From Callorhinchus milii (taxonomy: Eukaryota), in NCBI RefSeq assembly GCF_018977255.1, contig NW_024704742.1:33792001-33856000 (forward strand): a stretch of 64,000 bases of DNA, read 5' to 3'. A program made the position numbers and the translations under genes. Below the pieces are notes generated by a model that worked only from the letters and a program-made list of their open reading frames with translations, was not told where the DNA came from and made no database searches. Position 1 is the first letter of the stretch. Each line of letters begins with the position of its first letter. Below, piece by piece: positions 1 to 12,794 of the stretch.

Positions 1-231
1 CTTACTCCACACAGAGCCTAATAATAATCCCTCCAAAACCAAAAACAATAATAAATTGGTCACTTTCAATCTACGACAGTTTGTGGGACATTGCTGTGCG
101 CAATTGGCTGCCGCGTTCGCCCACAAATATACAGTCAATTCACTTTACAGTGTGTTCTGTGAAGCGCTTTGGGACGTCCAACCGAAGTGAAAAGTGCTAT
201 ATCAAATGCAAGGATTATTATTATTATTATT
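1..231 (+). mobile_element. Young tRNA-derived SINE (head cut by window edge)
   Basis: Near-identical to the copies at 20085, 59435 and 62360; (TTA)n tail. Confidence 0.93.
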
Positions 232-2479
232 AAAGGGTTAAATATCACACAGCACACATCTGAGCAACAGGAGTAAGTCTAAAGCTCAGCAAATAAACTA
301 CAATCCTGCTCTGTTTGTGGTAAAAAGCACCAATTGCATTTTGAACTCCGGTTCATTGGGTCAACTTGTCACCCTGAGGAGAAGGGTCCACTGATCCTTA
401 TCACACTTTTCTCCTGAGTGACCACTTCCTGGAGCAAGATACTGAAGAGCCATCCCTAAGTTAGTCATTATTGGGATTCTTTATACACCTTGACTGGAAC
501 AAAATTGATTCAAGTCACTGGAGGATATCATCAAGAAGGTGAACTAATTCCTGGCCAAATGAAGCAGTTAAAGATACTCAGTTTAAAGGGTAGTAATAGG
601 ATTGCCTGGTTTCAGTTAGGTCTTTCTTTCAAGAAATAGCAATTTATCTGTATGCACTGATCCACTATCTCCATGTTAGATCAGGGTGAAATTGATCTTG
701 GGGTCGTGATGGTTGATCGGTCCCACTGAAAGGTACACTCTACTCACTGAAAACACTGCAATCTGTAACCGTGTCATCTCGGATCTTTTACTCAATAATA
801 AATGATTAGAAGCGGGGGCAAGACTGAGCTCGGCTGAGACCACCTCGAGGCTGACCAGCCCAACAACACTCACTGCCAAGACTAACACGTGAACAATGGC
901 CACCTGGTCAAGGTACCAGCGCCCATAGAATTGCACCGCTGTGGAAAGGAATGATAAAACCCTTCAGAAGAGGTGAGAAAATTGGAGGAGAAAAATTGGT
1001 GACATTGAAAAATAGTGGGAAGCTGTTTAAAGTATTTTTAGCAATTCTGTAGTTTATAAAGAAATAGGTTGGTCAATTGTTGATCCTAGCATTTGTTGAA
1101 GTGCATTTTACGTCAGGTGGACATCTCAAAAGTGTTTCACAGGATTTACTATAAAGTGTAGCGATTGTGTATTTATAGGCAAACACGGCAGCCAATTTGC
1201 GCACAGCAAAGCCCTGCAAACAGCAAATGATCAAATCCTTTTCAAATCCTCTGGCAAGTATCGCATTTTGTGACCTTCTCATAATGTTTAGTTCAGTGTG
1301 GAGCCCAGGCAGCAGGTGGCTAGGGTTGGAGGTTTAGCCCACCCTTCCCCAATCGATCTACCAACTCACTAACGTTTCTCCGGTTTTAGCTATACACTGG
1401 CCAACAGCCAAAAGCCAGCAGCCTCGCACTGCTGCTTACTAAACAGTGTAGTGCCTTACCCCTCAAACAGGTCCTGGCTTCCTTCCATTGCACTTACTGA
1501 GGAAGAGCTTTGCAAATGCGCTGCAAGCACCTTCCTTGTGTAGAATATCTCTTTAAGTGGCGCTAGTCGAGGAAAAGCCCTGAACCCTGAGGAAGACCAC
1601 AGCAAGTCCTCCAAACAGCCCCACCTGTAGCATCAGTCGCACCCCTCCTCCACCAACTGCAATCTGTAACCGTATCATCTCTGATCTTGTATTAATAATA
1701 AATGATTATAAGTGGGAGCAGGGTGGATCTAGGCTGAGAACACCCTGATGGTTTGGGAGCTGCTTGTGGGGTATCCTTGCCTCTGAATGGCTGATGGAAC
1801 TGTCAGTCAAGCAAACGGCTCACCTGTCTTCAAGGGGATTGTAAGTAGTAATCTTAGTAAACTTTGCATTTGATATAGCGCTTCATCAAGTCGTTGAGAC
1901 GTCTCAAAGCGCTTCACAGGATATACTGTAAAGTGGATCAACTGTGTATTTTGGGGCGAAACTCCCACAAGACTGTCTCTTTAACTTTAATTTATTACTT
2001 TCTTTGTGTTTATTTTATAATGATTATTTTGCTTCATTTTGTTTTATATGTCGTTTTTCGTCGTTTTATCTTGTGTTATTTCGTATTTGTGAGAAACACA
2101 TAAGAATCATGCAATTCTGAACGGGAAGAAATGTTCCTGAGCACAGTAGCTATTTAGTTTTACTCAGCCCCCCTCCCACCCAATAATATTTTTTTACCAC
2201 CAACTATGGTCTGGAGTCAGTGTGTATCAGAACATTTAGGACTATTACTGACTCTCATAGAATAAACACCTTACAGTACAGCAGGCCCACATTATCCCCT
2301 GTTACAGCTTTGGACTATTATTAGGCATTTCATTACTGCCTTGGGAGTGTGAGTTTAACAGGAAAATCCTTTTATAGTCTCACACCATCAAGTCCGTAAA
2401 ATCTTCCCCAGAGTCACATAAACTGCAGTCAGTCTTCTCTTTAAACTGAAACAGAGAAATACGAGGCTACCATTTGATG

Positions 2480-3800
2480 TTTATATCCCCCCAAAAGAAT
2501 AAAAGGGTCAGGACAGAGATTTTCTTTCAACCCAAAGAGTTGTTAGAATGGGGAACAATTTACCACAAATCGCAGTATGAGTTGAAGCTACAACAGAATT
2601 TAAAAGGGAATTGAATAAACAACCAAGGAAGAATAATATCAACGAGCACAGGGAAAGAGTAGAGTAGATGGGAGTTCAATCTACAGAATTCCTTAATGAG
2701 AATCTGAGTTTACAAAAATGTCCTGTAAGAGACTTGAAAGAAATAAAATAAATCTAAAGGCTAACAATACAAAAGAAAATCAGACAGAGTATAGAAAAAT
2801 AGAGGTGAAGCGAACAAAGAAATTGTAGAGGCCAAGCAGGGATATCAGCAAAGGCTGGCAGGTCACAAGAAAATGGTTGAAGGATTCTATGAAAAATAAA
2901 AGGTAAAAGAAAAAGCAGTCCATGTTAGAGTCAAAAAGGGAAATCTAGTCATCAAAAATGAAGAGGTACCAAATGAGTTTTTTTCCACAGTTTTTACAAA
3001 AAAAAGTATAATGGTGAGATATAGTGTGCAAAAGAAGGATGTGCAAGAATTGAAACGGACAACTGGGAAGGGATACCTGTAGAAAAGGTAGCGGTACTAA
3101 AATAATTGATGGATTTCAGTGGACAAAGTCACCAAGGCCTGATGGCAGCATCCGAGAATGCTGAACAAGGAGGATATAGTAGATGCTCTTCGAACATCCT
3201 TGGATACAAAATTTGTGCCATAAGACTGGAGGGTTACAATGTAACACCTGTCTAAAAAGAGACAACAGAACATAACATCAATATTGGACAAACCTTTAGC
3301 GGCAATGGTATTGGATATAAACACTTAGAAAGATATAGGTTGACCAAAGACAGTCAGCAAGGGTTTGCTAAAGGCATTTCTTGCTTGACAATTAAAGTTC
3401 TTTGATGAAAGAATACATAAATAGGCGTAGAGAGTGCAGAGGAGATTTACTAGGGTGATACCGAGGGCGAGTGGTTTAACCTATGAGAAGAGACTAAAAG
3501 AGCTGAATCAATTTCCAATAGAACAGAGAAGGTTGAGGGATGATCTAATAGAGGTCTATAAAATTATAAGCAGTTTCTTGATAAGTCGACAGGAAGAAAT
3601 TATATTCACTATCGGTGAGTCAGTGACTAGAGGGCATCAATTTATCGTAACAAACAAATGGGAAGATTAGGATTTGTTACATACAGAGTTGTTAGGATGT
3701 GGAATGCCTGTTGGATGAGATGGTTGAGGTAGAGTTCATATTGACCTTCAAGTTGGTATTAAGTAGACATCTAACAAGATGCAGCTGTATTGTAAGGCAG
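2480..3800 (+). mobile_element. Degraded CR1 LINE fragments
   Basis: Peptide QRRFTRVIP...LTYEKRLKEL...EQRRLRDDLIEVYKII...TRGH (3434-3670) is the CR1 ORF2 C-terminus. Confidence 0.85.
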
Positions 3801-4879
3801 TAGTTAGGGGTCAATAAAATCTCAACCCGCCTATAACAATTCATATTTATATAGTGCCCTTCACATAGGAGCACTTTACAGGGACATAGGCTGGACGCTG
3901 AGCAAGAGAAAAGGGTGAAGAGGAGGAGGTCCCACATTTGAAGAGGTAGGATTTGAGGTGGGACTTAGATAGAAAGAGAGGTGGCAAGCTGGACTGTTAG
4001 AGGAGGGAGGTCCAGAGACAAGGGGCTAAGAACTGAAAACTTGGCCACTGACAGTGGTATGAAGAGGGCAGGGGACACACATCATTTCTTCCTATCAGCT
4101 CCATCAAACCTGCTTCTATATTCAACGTGCACGATGTTGGCTGGCTTGCCTTCTGTACGCTTTCTGATTCCCCCGCTTAAAAAAAAAAGCCGACTTCCGG
4201 GTCGGGTGGATTGCTCTTTCAAAGAGGCAGCAAAGATACAAGTTTTTTTCTGTGCTGTAAACATTCTAAGATTCTGAATCCAGGTATTAGAGGTTGGCAA
4301 AGCAATAAGCTGCAGAGCCCTGTGAAGTGAACTCTCCTCTCCAAAGTGAGGTGCTTTGACCACAGCTGCTGAGAGCAATTGTGCTGGTCATGTTAGCCTC
4401 TTTATGCCCAAGAGTAAAATAATACATTAACTCCAAGTCCAAAGGATTCAGTTCAGTGCTGGTTCTTAGAGAGACCACTGTTTTGATCAGCTGATTTTGG
4501 TACAAACAAGTGTATGTATACAAGACGGTGCAGTTATGTAGGTTCACCTGGTTTCCACAATCAACAACAACAACTTGCTTTTGTATAATGCCCCTCAGGC
4601 AGAGTAGCGTCCCAGAGCGCTTGCTAGGCTACATAGGTAGTGCTATTTCCCACCTCCCCTTTACCTTCCCCCCTCTCTTTACACTCCCCCAACTCCCATG
4701 TGTTGATAATGCATGTAAGTATATATTGAGAGAGGATGTACAACATAAAAACAAAGAGAAAGCGAAAGAGAGTGATGTGTACTGGATGTGTTAGACAAAT
4801 CGCAGCGGGAGCAAAAAGACTCGGAACTAGTGAATATCAGATATGCTGTGGCTGATTCTCCAGAGCAAAGCTCAGATGC

Positions 4880-5280
4880 CTTTACAACACAGAATAAGGC
4901 TATTCGGTCCATTGTGTCCTTGCTGGCCTTTTAAAAGAGTAATCCATTTGGTCTCATTTACCTGCTTTGTTACCCAACCCTCTGTGTATTATTGATTTTT
5001 AAATATCTATTTTGTTCCCTCTTGAAAGCTAATAGGGATCCTGCCTTGACTGCCAGACACTGCAAAATATTCCACATCCTAATAACACTGTGTAAAAAAA
5101 ACTTCCCCTAATCTGCCCCTTTGCTCCCTTGCTAACTACCTTCAATTGATCCTCTTAGCCACTGACTCAATGACCCGTAAAAATATTTTTTCTGTATCAA
5201 ATCTAGCAAAACTTCTCATAAATTTAAAGACCTCTGTATCTGGTCTCCACTCAACCTTTTCTGTCCCAGTGAAAACAGAC
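4880..5280 (-). mobile_element. CR1 LINE 3' fragment
   Basis: Resembles the CR1 copy at 52760-53250. Confidence 0.7.
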
Positions 5281-5827
5281 TTCACAGAAGTCAAAATGGA
5301 AGTAGCCAAGGGGAATATCAGAGCTTTGGCGGCAACACAGCCTGGATTTCTTAATTATAAATACTTTTTTGACTCCAGCAAATTAGATGTCGCTATCTTT
5401 CATACCCTAAATCAATTTCTTCTCTAAATGTATACAAGTGTTTGATTACCTGTTTGCTAGCAATCTTTGTACCAAAATACTTCTTTTAGGCTAGGGGTCT
5501 TGCCGTTTGCTGCAAGTGTGCTGAGAATATATGCGCAGGAGTAAACTCGTCTGTCACCCACACTCGCAACAATTATTCACCTCCTTGTGTTTATTGGAGC
5601 TTAAAATGAGAACTGACAGCAATTCACTGTAACAAAGTGTGTTTCCCCCCTACTCAAGGCCAAATCCTATTCATGTCCTGTAAATCCAGTTATTTCTCAA
5701 CCCTCGTCTGCCAAGACAAGAAAGATAGGGCAGGAGCAAGAGCGCGTGGTTGCCCGTGGATGGATCTAGCGCCCCCCGCTGGCATTAAATCGCGCCCCTT
5801 TGCTGCAAACTCCTTCGGAATTCTCAC

Positions 5828-5936
5828 CTTTGCAACGCTGGTACTCTGTCTTGTCCTCCTCTGACGGTTTCACTGGGGGTCCATCCAGGGCCCTCTTGCA
5901 CTCTTGTAGGAGCGCTTCCACCTCTTGGTTATTCAT
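5828..5936 (-). CDS. ALPK1: Alpha-protein kinase 1 (ADP-heptose sensor), first coding exon
   Basis: Reverse strand reads ATG AAT AAC CAA... = MNNQEVEALLQECKRALDGPPVKPSEEDKTEYQRCK plus 1 nt, then the donor g|gtgaga. This resembles the recalled human ALPK1 N-terminus MNNQKVVAVLLQECKQVLD...SEEDKSEDQRCR. The acceptor cttcccatag| puts the exon start at 5990, so it includes 5'UTR. Adjacency to TIFA supports the call. Confidence 0.92.
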
Positions 5937-6339
5937 GACCACTCGCTCGCCTATGAATTGAACGTCCCTGGGTGTTGGATGATCAATTACCTATGGGAAG
6001 ACACAAAAGCTAGATAAAGGATCCTTCAGGCGAACTACCTGGTGAACAAAAGGGAGAAATGATTAACTAAACCGTCATCAATTATCTGTAAGGCTCAAGC
6101 AGGGCGAGATAATGCTCACACTGCAGCAAAATACACAAGAGCCTCCTCCCTCTGTGGATGTCGCGTGTGAATTTCTGGCGGGGGTTGGTGCTGAGGCGTC
6201 GGCAGCTGGGACACTCTTCCCACATACAAATGCATACAGGCACTGTCTGCACCCCACTTTCCAGCACGGACACCACTGGTTTTAGTTTGTAAAATAACTG
6301 TACAGTCTGGCTTTGTTGTAACATATTGCAGCGTACAAC

Positions 6340-6630
6340 GAGTCAGACATACCACAGTAACGTGGGAGAACCCCGCAGTACATTGACTTCCTGTGGAGTA
6401 ACAGCAGGGCTCCGTGATTTTTTGGGGTCTGACACACGCGGAAACCCATCACCACGCTTAAGAGTATCCAAACCAAGCTGAGATTTCCATGCATCCCATC
6501 TATGCATGGAAATCCCAGAGACAGATTGTTGGAATGGAATGCGCACTCTCTCCCTGGAGGGATGTATCCTGTTTACCTAATTCCAGAAAGTATTAGGCGC
6601 AGTTTGGCAAGAGCAAAGGTTTGAGCCCTC
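6340..6630 (+). repeat. Unclassified interspersed repeat
   Basis: Homologous copies at about 18490-18650, 36130-36380, 36690-36800 (reverse) and partially at 57060-57100. Confidence 0.8.
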
Positions 6631-7139
6631 ACTAGGTATATCGGCGATATACTTTGCAATATCAAAATATAATAAATATATAATAATATAACTCCAACCG
6701 AGTGTGAGCGGCTGTGATGTAAAGTTCTAACAGGGTTGTACTGTATGTATCCACTTATTGTAGAGTCTTCAGGCATGAAATGCAATACAGTCAGTGTAGA
6801 TTACAATACATTTTAACCTAGAATAATGTTACTGACATGCGCCCATACACCTGCAGCAGTGCCTGAGATTAAACAATGTCCCGTAGATGTGCACTTGCCC
6901 CCAGAGCTGGTTACTGCTGTGGTTGGGGTTGACATTCTTGCTCCAGCAAAAGGTCCATTAGCCCTGTCCCCACATGCACACCCCACCCCCAAATGCACGC
7001 TGCGCCCCCACACGCACACCCCGCTCTCACACGCTCACCCTGCCCCCACACGTACGACCCCCTGCCACACACCTCATGTGAAGGTGGACATCAATAATTC
7101 AGAAGCTAAGATTCACTTTGATTCACTTAAAATAAAATA

Positions 7140-7560
7140 ATCATTGTATTTGGTATGAGGTCCTTTCACATTAGCAAAACTTCTCAAAGCACGTCACAGG
7201 AATTTACTGTTAAGTGTAGTGACTGTGCATTTTGTTGTTAAACAATGGCAGGCAACTCACACAGAGCAATGTCCCACAAACAGCCATGAGGTGAATGGCC
7301 AATTATACTTGGGGTCATACTAGCCAGGACACAGTGAGAAATTCCCTTCTCGAATAGTGCCATAAGATCTTTGACATCCACCTGAACAGGCCGAAGGGAC
7401 CTTGGTTTATCATCTAATGGATGGCATTGCTGACAATGCAGCTTCTCCAGCACTGTACTGCAGTGTCTGCCTGGACTCTGACTTCAATGCCCACATGGAG
7501 CTTGAACCCACAACCGTCTGACTCAGAGGCGTGAGTGATATCAACTGCGCCAGGCTGACT
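7140..7560 (-). mobile_element. Old Deu-domain-like SINE (SacSINE1-type)
   Basis: Head gtcagcctgg...ctctgagtcaga..gggttcaag, central ggatg...taaaccaaggtcc...caggtggatgtcaaagatc, shared tail. Family name is recalled, not searched. Confidence 0.75.
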
Positions 7561-8109
7561 CTTTGACAGTACTTTGACACTGTATCTGACAAACCATAAA
7601 CACATTCTTCCGTGAGTGGAAAACTTGACCCCAATACTGTGTCAGGGCTCTTGTGGGCGTTAACTGTTTTTTAAAATTAATTGAAACTGTATGTACCTTT
7701 TAATTTTCTGATGTAATGTTATAATAATAATAATAATAATCCTTGCATTTGATATTTTGATAAAATGACTGCATTAAAATGGAAGGAGAAAGGATTGAAG
7801 TTAAATAGCTACTTTTAATATGAAAAAATTCTGATTCTCAGATTAGTAGATATATTACCTCAGGGTCAATAACTAGTTATCTGTCAATCTTGGACAAAAG
7901 TGCATCTCACCTGATTTATTTTGAACTTATTGAAAGGACAGCCCTAAATACGACAGGGACATGTGAGCAATTGTCACACCTGCCTGCCCTGTCCACACTA
8001 TTGCACAAGGACAAAAAACCTGTGTGTAAGAACAACGAGTTTAGCACAGCTGTACAGGCACCAGGGTGGAAGGTTGGATACAGTTAATGGGTGGAGAATG
8101 TAGCGTTTG

Positions 8110-8365
8110 TGGAGTCCTGAGCGTATTGGTTAGTACGCTCGCCTCGCATGCCAGAGGACTTGGGTTCATTTCCCAGGCAGGGTGTAATGTTGGGCAAGTT
8201 TCTTTACTCCACTGTTTACCTAGCAGTGAGTAGGAATCTGGTTGTTAGTCGACTGGCGGATCACTTTTCTGGGGTTAATAATCCCTTCAACAATAAATAA
8301 AAATAATAATTTGGTCACTCAATCCAGGATTGTTTGTGGGACACTGCTGTGCACAATTGGCTGCA
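8110..8365 (+). mobile_element. Older long-form tRNA SINE (CORE-like central segment)
   Basis: Related head plus the extra segment ctgtttacctagcagt...gttagtcgactggcggatc. Confidence 0.85.
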
Positions 8366-9925
8366 GGAAATCCCATCTGAAAACAATAACCTAGGCTTCC
8401 CAGAGTGCCAGAAATCAACTTTATCTTAATTTCCAACGTTAATCTTCAACTCTTCCCATCCTTAAACTTTAACTGAGCAACTTACAATTTCTTTCAGCAA
8501 TCTTATTGTAGGATTGGATTAATGACATGCAGAATAAAATTAAACTCTATTGTACGCCAGACATTCTGGTTTTTAATATGCATTGACATGAAGGGTTTCT
8601 TACTGAAACCCCTCGATTCTTATTCAGCCTGCCATCTAAAAATAGAGGGAGGATCTCAACTGGCATCAAACTCAGCAGTGACCCAAGAGGTAAACTACAT
8701 TTACATTACTTTCTGACAAGAATCAAATTAGGCCTTTTGGACACAAGAACAGGCTTCTAGACTGCAACAGATGGGGCTGTGAATGTGCTCCCTAGGCAAA
8801 CTATCAGCGACATCTGTAGCCTTCGAATTCTGCTGGTCTCAACCAATTAACAGGGAAGAAAAGGAGGCCTCATCCATCCGTCCAGTCAGAGCAGCAGCAC
8901 GCATGTTATTGAAACTGAAACCTGCGTTGGCTAAAATGAGGATTAATTCTCCCCCCCCCCCAATAAAAAGGGCAAAACTAAACCATCGCAGAAAGAGACA
9001 CTGATGAATAAATTGAGGGGAGATACAGAACAGGCAACAATATATATTGCAGATTTTTTTAAAAAAATCATACTTTTATTTCCCTTGTGGAAGAAGGAAG
9101 AAAGGAATTTGATCCACAAATTGTATTTCAGAGCACTCTCATTTCCAATCACTTGTTTTCAAATAATAGGAAACAATTGTCTTTATCCAATTGAGCGTTT
9201 TTGGGGAGGGGAATACGCAGCCTACAAAGTACATAGCCACTGCACTACACAGTATATCCTCTGAAGCACTTTGTGACGTCCTCCTGACATGAAAGGCACT
9301 ATAACAAATGCAAAAATTATTATTATTATAAGCATTTAGCAAATAACACCCTTGCTGCGAATGATAATCATGAGGAAGGCTAGTCCAAAGACTCAGTGCT
9401 TCAGTTAATCTGATGATGCCTCAATACATTTCTATTTGCCTGGTTTTGCGGAGTTGCTAACACCCACAGCTTGAGATATTCTTTGTCAATGTTAATGAGA
9501 GCTGGACAGGCTTCTCCTTTCATACATATGTATGATCAGGGGACGTCTGCTGTGGCAAACTCACACAAGTGTAAGCAATAAAGGCGATGAATGCACTGAA
9601 ATGCTATTAACTAATGAATCCGCACGCTTTTAAAATAATGCTTTTTTAAAAAAAGACTATTGAGCGGGATTGTTTTGCAGAAATGTGCTTTATGAGCTTC
9701 TAATGACAAAACTAAAAGTGCAATAAAGTTTAGCATTTTCCCATTTCTAAATGCTACGGGCATTCTCCAGTACAGAGCCCAAACCTTGTCCAACAATATC
9801 ACACACAAGATCACAATATTCAAGCCTGAATCTGTTCTGTTTTGTTTTAACAGGAAACAAATGGGATCATTTAATCATCCTTGCACTCGAAATAGCGTCA
9901 ATCATTATTACTATTATTATTTTGG

Positions 9926-10331
9926 TGTCAGCCTGACTCAAATAATAGCACAACTCACCTCCAAGTCAAAGGTTTGTGGGTTCAAACCCCACATCTGAAC
10001 TCTGAACTCAGTCTCGGCTGACACTCCAATATAGTCTGGGACAGCACTGCATTTCTAGAGATGCCATTTTTGGATGAAATCTGGTCCCACCCACCCGTTT
10101 AGGTGGATGCTATAGATTCCATAGCACTGTTTGAGAAGGGAGTTTATCCTGGTCCTGATCAACAATCCCCCCAAACAAAAATTGGTAACCCACTCTCCAT
10201 GGCTGTGCATAAATTAGCTACCATGTTCGCCTATAAAATGCAGTCACTATACATTATAGTAAATCCTGTGGAGCTCTTTGAGCTGTCTCTCCAATGTGAA
10301 ATGCACTATATTAAATTAAGTTTTTATTATT
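9926..10331 (+). mobile_element. Old Deu-domain-like SINE
   Basis: Diverged full-length copy. Confidence 0.75.
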
Positions 10332-10849
10332 ATACCGTACAATATCTCAGAGGCTGCGCAGGTGTCAGGACTTGCTGTCAGGTAAAGTGGTGTTGGGTTT
10401 TACTCAACCCAGGGTGTCTGTATGATCACTTATTCTTTGGTGAGGATTTATTGCCCATTCCTGGTTACCCTGAGAAGGTGATATTCAGAAGGTGCCCTGG
10501 GGTGGAGCTCTTTAAACAGTGTACTTGTAAAGATCTGAAACTAGCTGAACATGACACTTGGGAGATTCCAAATAGTCCAAAATATTTTACCAGAGAGAAA
10601 ATACAGATGAAGCATTTTTATTATTATTTCACCTATTCATTTTGGATTCTATGATTAACCCCATCTTTTCAAAATTACCTTTTAAAGCCAAAGCCCGAAC
10701 TGTCTGAGTCAGCATCTCAGAGCTCGCAGCAGATCAGCTGTGATCACAGTGACGGAAATGTCTTTTGTCTCCAGCATTACAGTAGATGGTCGGCTGGTGT
10801 TGGCCGTTTGAGGATGATTGAATAATAAATAATAATTCTTACAACAATG

Positions 10850-11220
10850 TCATGTCATTGAGACATCTCAAAACACCTCACAGGATATACTGTAAAGTGG
10901 ATTGACAGTGCATTGTGTGGGCGAAACATGGCAGCCAATTTGAACACAGCAATGTTCTGTATATGTCCCAATAGCCATGGGGTGAGTGACCATTTTTGAG
11001 GGGGGTTTATTGGCCAGAACACTGGGAGAAACTCTCTTCTTGAATATTGCCATGAGATCTTTAAAATCCACCTGAACAGGCAGATGAAATCTTGGTTTAA
11101 CATCTCATCCGAAGGACGGCACCTCCGACAATGCAACATCCCCCCAGCACTGCATTGGATTGTCAGCTTAGACTGCATTACACTCAGAGGCGAGAGTGCT
11201 ACCACCGTGCCAGGCTGATC
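10850..11220 (-). mobile_element. Old Deu-domain-like SINE
   Basis: Diverged reverse copy. Confidence 0.75.
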
Positions 11221-11798
11221 TCAGCTGGGTAGGCAGTGGGTCACCCTGGACCAAAGATGGTGAATAACCACCTGGATCTGGACCACCTGGACCACCTGAT
11301 TGTTATCCAATGACACCTGTTGGAGGATGCATATCCTCGGACATTGGATGAGTACAGGATCAGCCTAGGCTGTGAGGCTATTCATCGTCTACACATGTGA
11401 AGGGCAGCTATTTGGGTGAGGGGGCAGTGAGGCGTTGGCAGCTATAAAGCATTGAGGAGAGGAATCAAATAAACTGATTTTAATCTGAGAAATCAGAGTG
11501 TAATACTGCAGACAAATTGTTTTTGAAACGCAAATAAATTAAGGGAAGTTCTTCCGATGCAGGTGCTAACTCGGGCTTGGATGTAGTTCACAGGTACCAG
11601 CCGCTCCCTGATTTTACACTCGACTTCTTCACTTTCAAAACCTGTCTTAAAAACCTCTCTTGATTGTACCTATGGCCACCTCCCATCTATCTCTTACCCT
11701 GCTTAGGCTCCCACTCAATCTCTGTAAAACACCTCGACAGTTTCTCTGATGTACAAATCACTAAGGAAGAGCAAGGTATTGTTGTTATAATAATAATA

Positions 11799-12109
11799 TA
11801 ATAATAATCCTTGCATTTGATATAGCGCTTTTCACGTCTTCTAGATGTCTCAAAGCGCTTCACAGAATATACTGTAAAGTGAATTAACTGTATATTTGTG
11901 GGCGAAACGCGGCAGCCAATTGCGCGCAGCAGTGTCCCACAAACAGTCTTGGATTGAAAATGACCAATTTATTATTGTTTTGTTTTTTAGAGGGATTATT
12001 ATTAGGTAGGTGGAGTAAGGAAACTTGCCCAAGGTTTCGCCCTGCCTGGAATTAAACCCAGGTGTCTCACTTGCAAAGCGAGTGCTCTAACCACTGAGCT
12101 ACAGGAATC
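11799..12109 (-). mobile_element. Young tRNA-derived SINE
   Basis: Reverse copy with head (aaccactgagctacagga) and tail. Confidence 0.9.
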
Positions 12110-12159
12110 CACTGTTGACGATCTGCCTCCTCAAACCAAGTAGACCTGGTGGGAGGGGT

Positions 12160-12790
12160 TATTGGAGGTGGGAGGGGAAGCAGGAATCTTCTCTGTTGAT
12201 TCCTAATAGATCTCTGCAAGCTAACATCATCAAGGCATCTCAAAGTGTATCACACAAATTTACTGTGACGTGTAGCCAATGTGTATTTAGTGCAAATGTG
12301 GCAGCCAGTTTGCACACAAAATCTCCCACAAACAGCTAAGAGTGAATGATCAATTTGTATCTGGGGGCTTGTTAACCAAGACATGGGGAAATGCTCCCTT
12401 ATCTTTTTGAATAGTGCTAAAGAATCTTTGATACACATCTGAACTTCCGTTTAATATCTCACCTGATGGAAAGCACCTCTGACAATGCAATTCACCCTCA
12501 GCCAACTCCTTAATAATTATAGTAACAATTAATAATAATCCTTGCAGCTGAAACAACACCTTTCGAACTGGGAGGATGTCCCAAAGCACCACTCATTTCT
12601 TTTTTTGAATAGTGTCATGGGATCTTAGCGTCCACTTGAACAGGCAGATGGGACCTTGGTTAACATCTCATCCGAAGAACGGTACCTCCAACAATGTAAC
12701 ACCCCCCCAGCACTGCATCGGTGTGTCATCTTAGACGATTTGATTCCAAGTCCTGACGTAACATTCTGACTCAGAGGCGAGTGTTACCAC
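12160..12790 (-). mobile_element. Two partial Deu-domain-like SINEs
   Basis: Two consecutive reverse partial copies. Confidence 0.65.
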
Positions 12791-12794
12791 TACA

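Noticed and set aside
1..5800. Next ALPK1 exon (KWPFVPEKW motif)
   Set aside because: Not found by eye on the - strand; probably left of the window.
9405..9420. Hammerhead ribozyme core (CTGATGA)
   Set aside because: No supporting stems or correctly placed GAAA here or at the other CTGATGA hits I noticed.
10103..10654. 183-aa ORF
   Set aside because: GTG start inside a SINE reading into intronic sequence; no recognisable protein.
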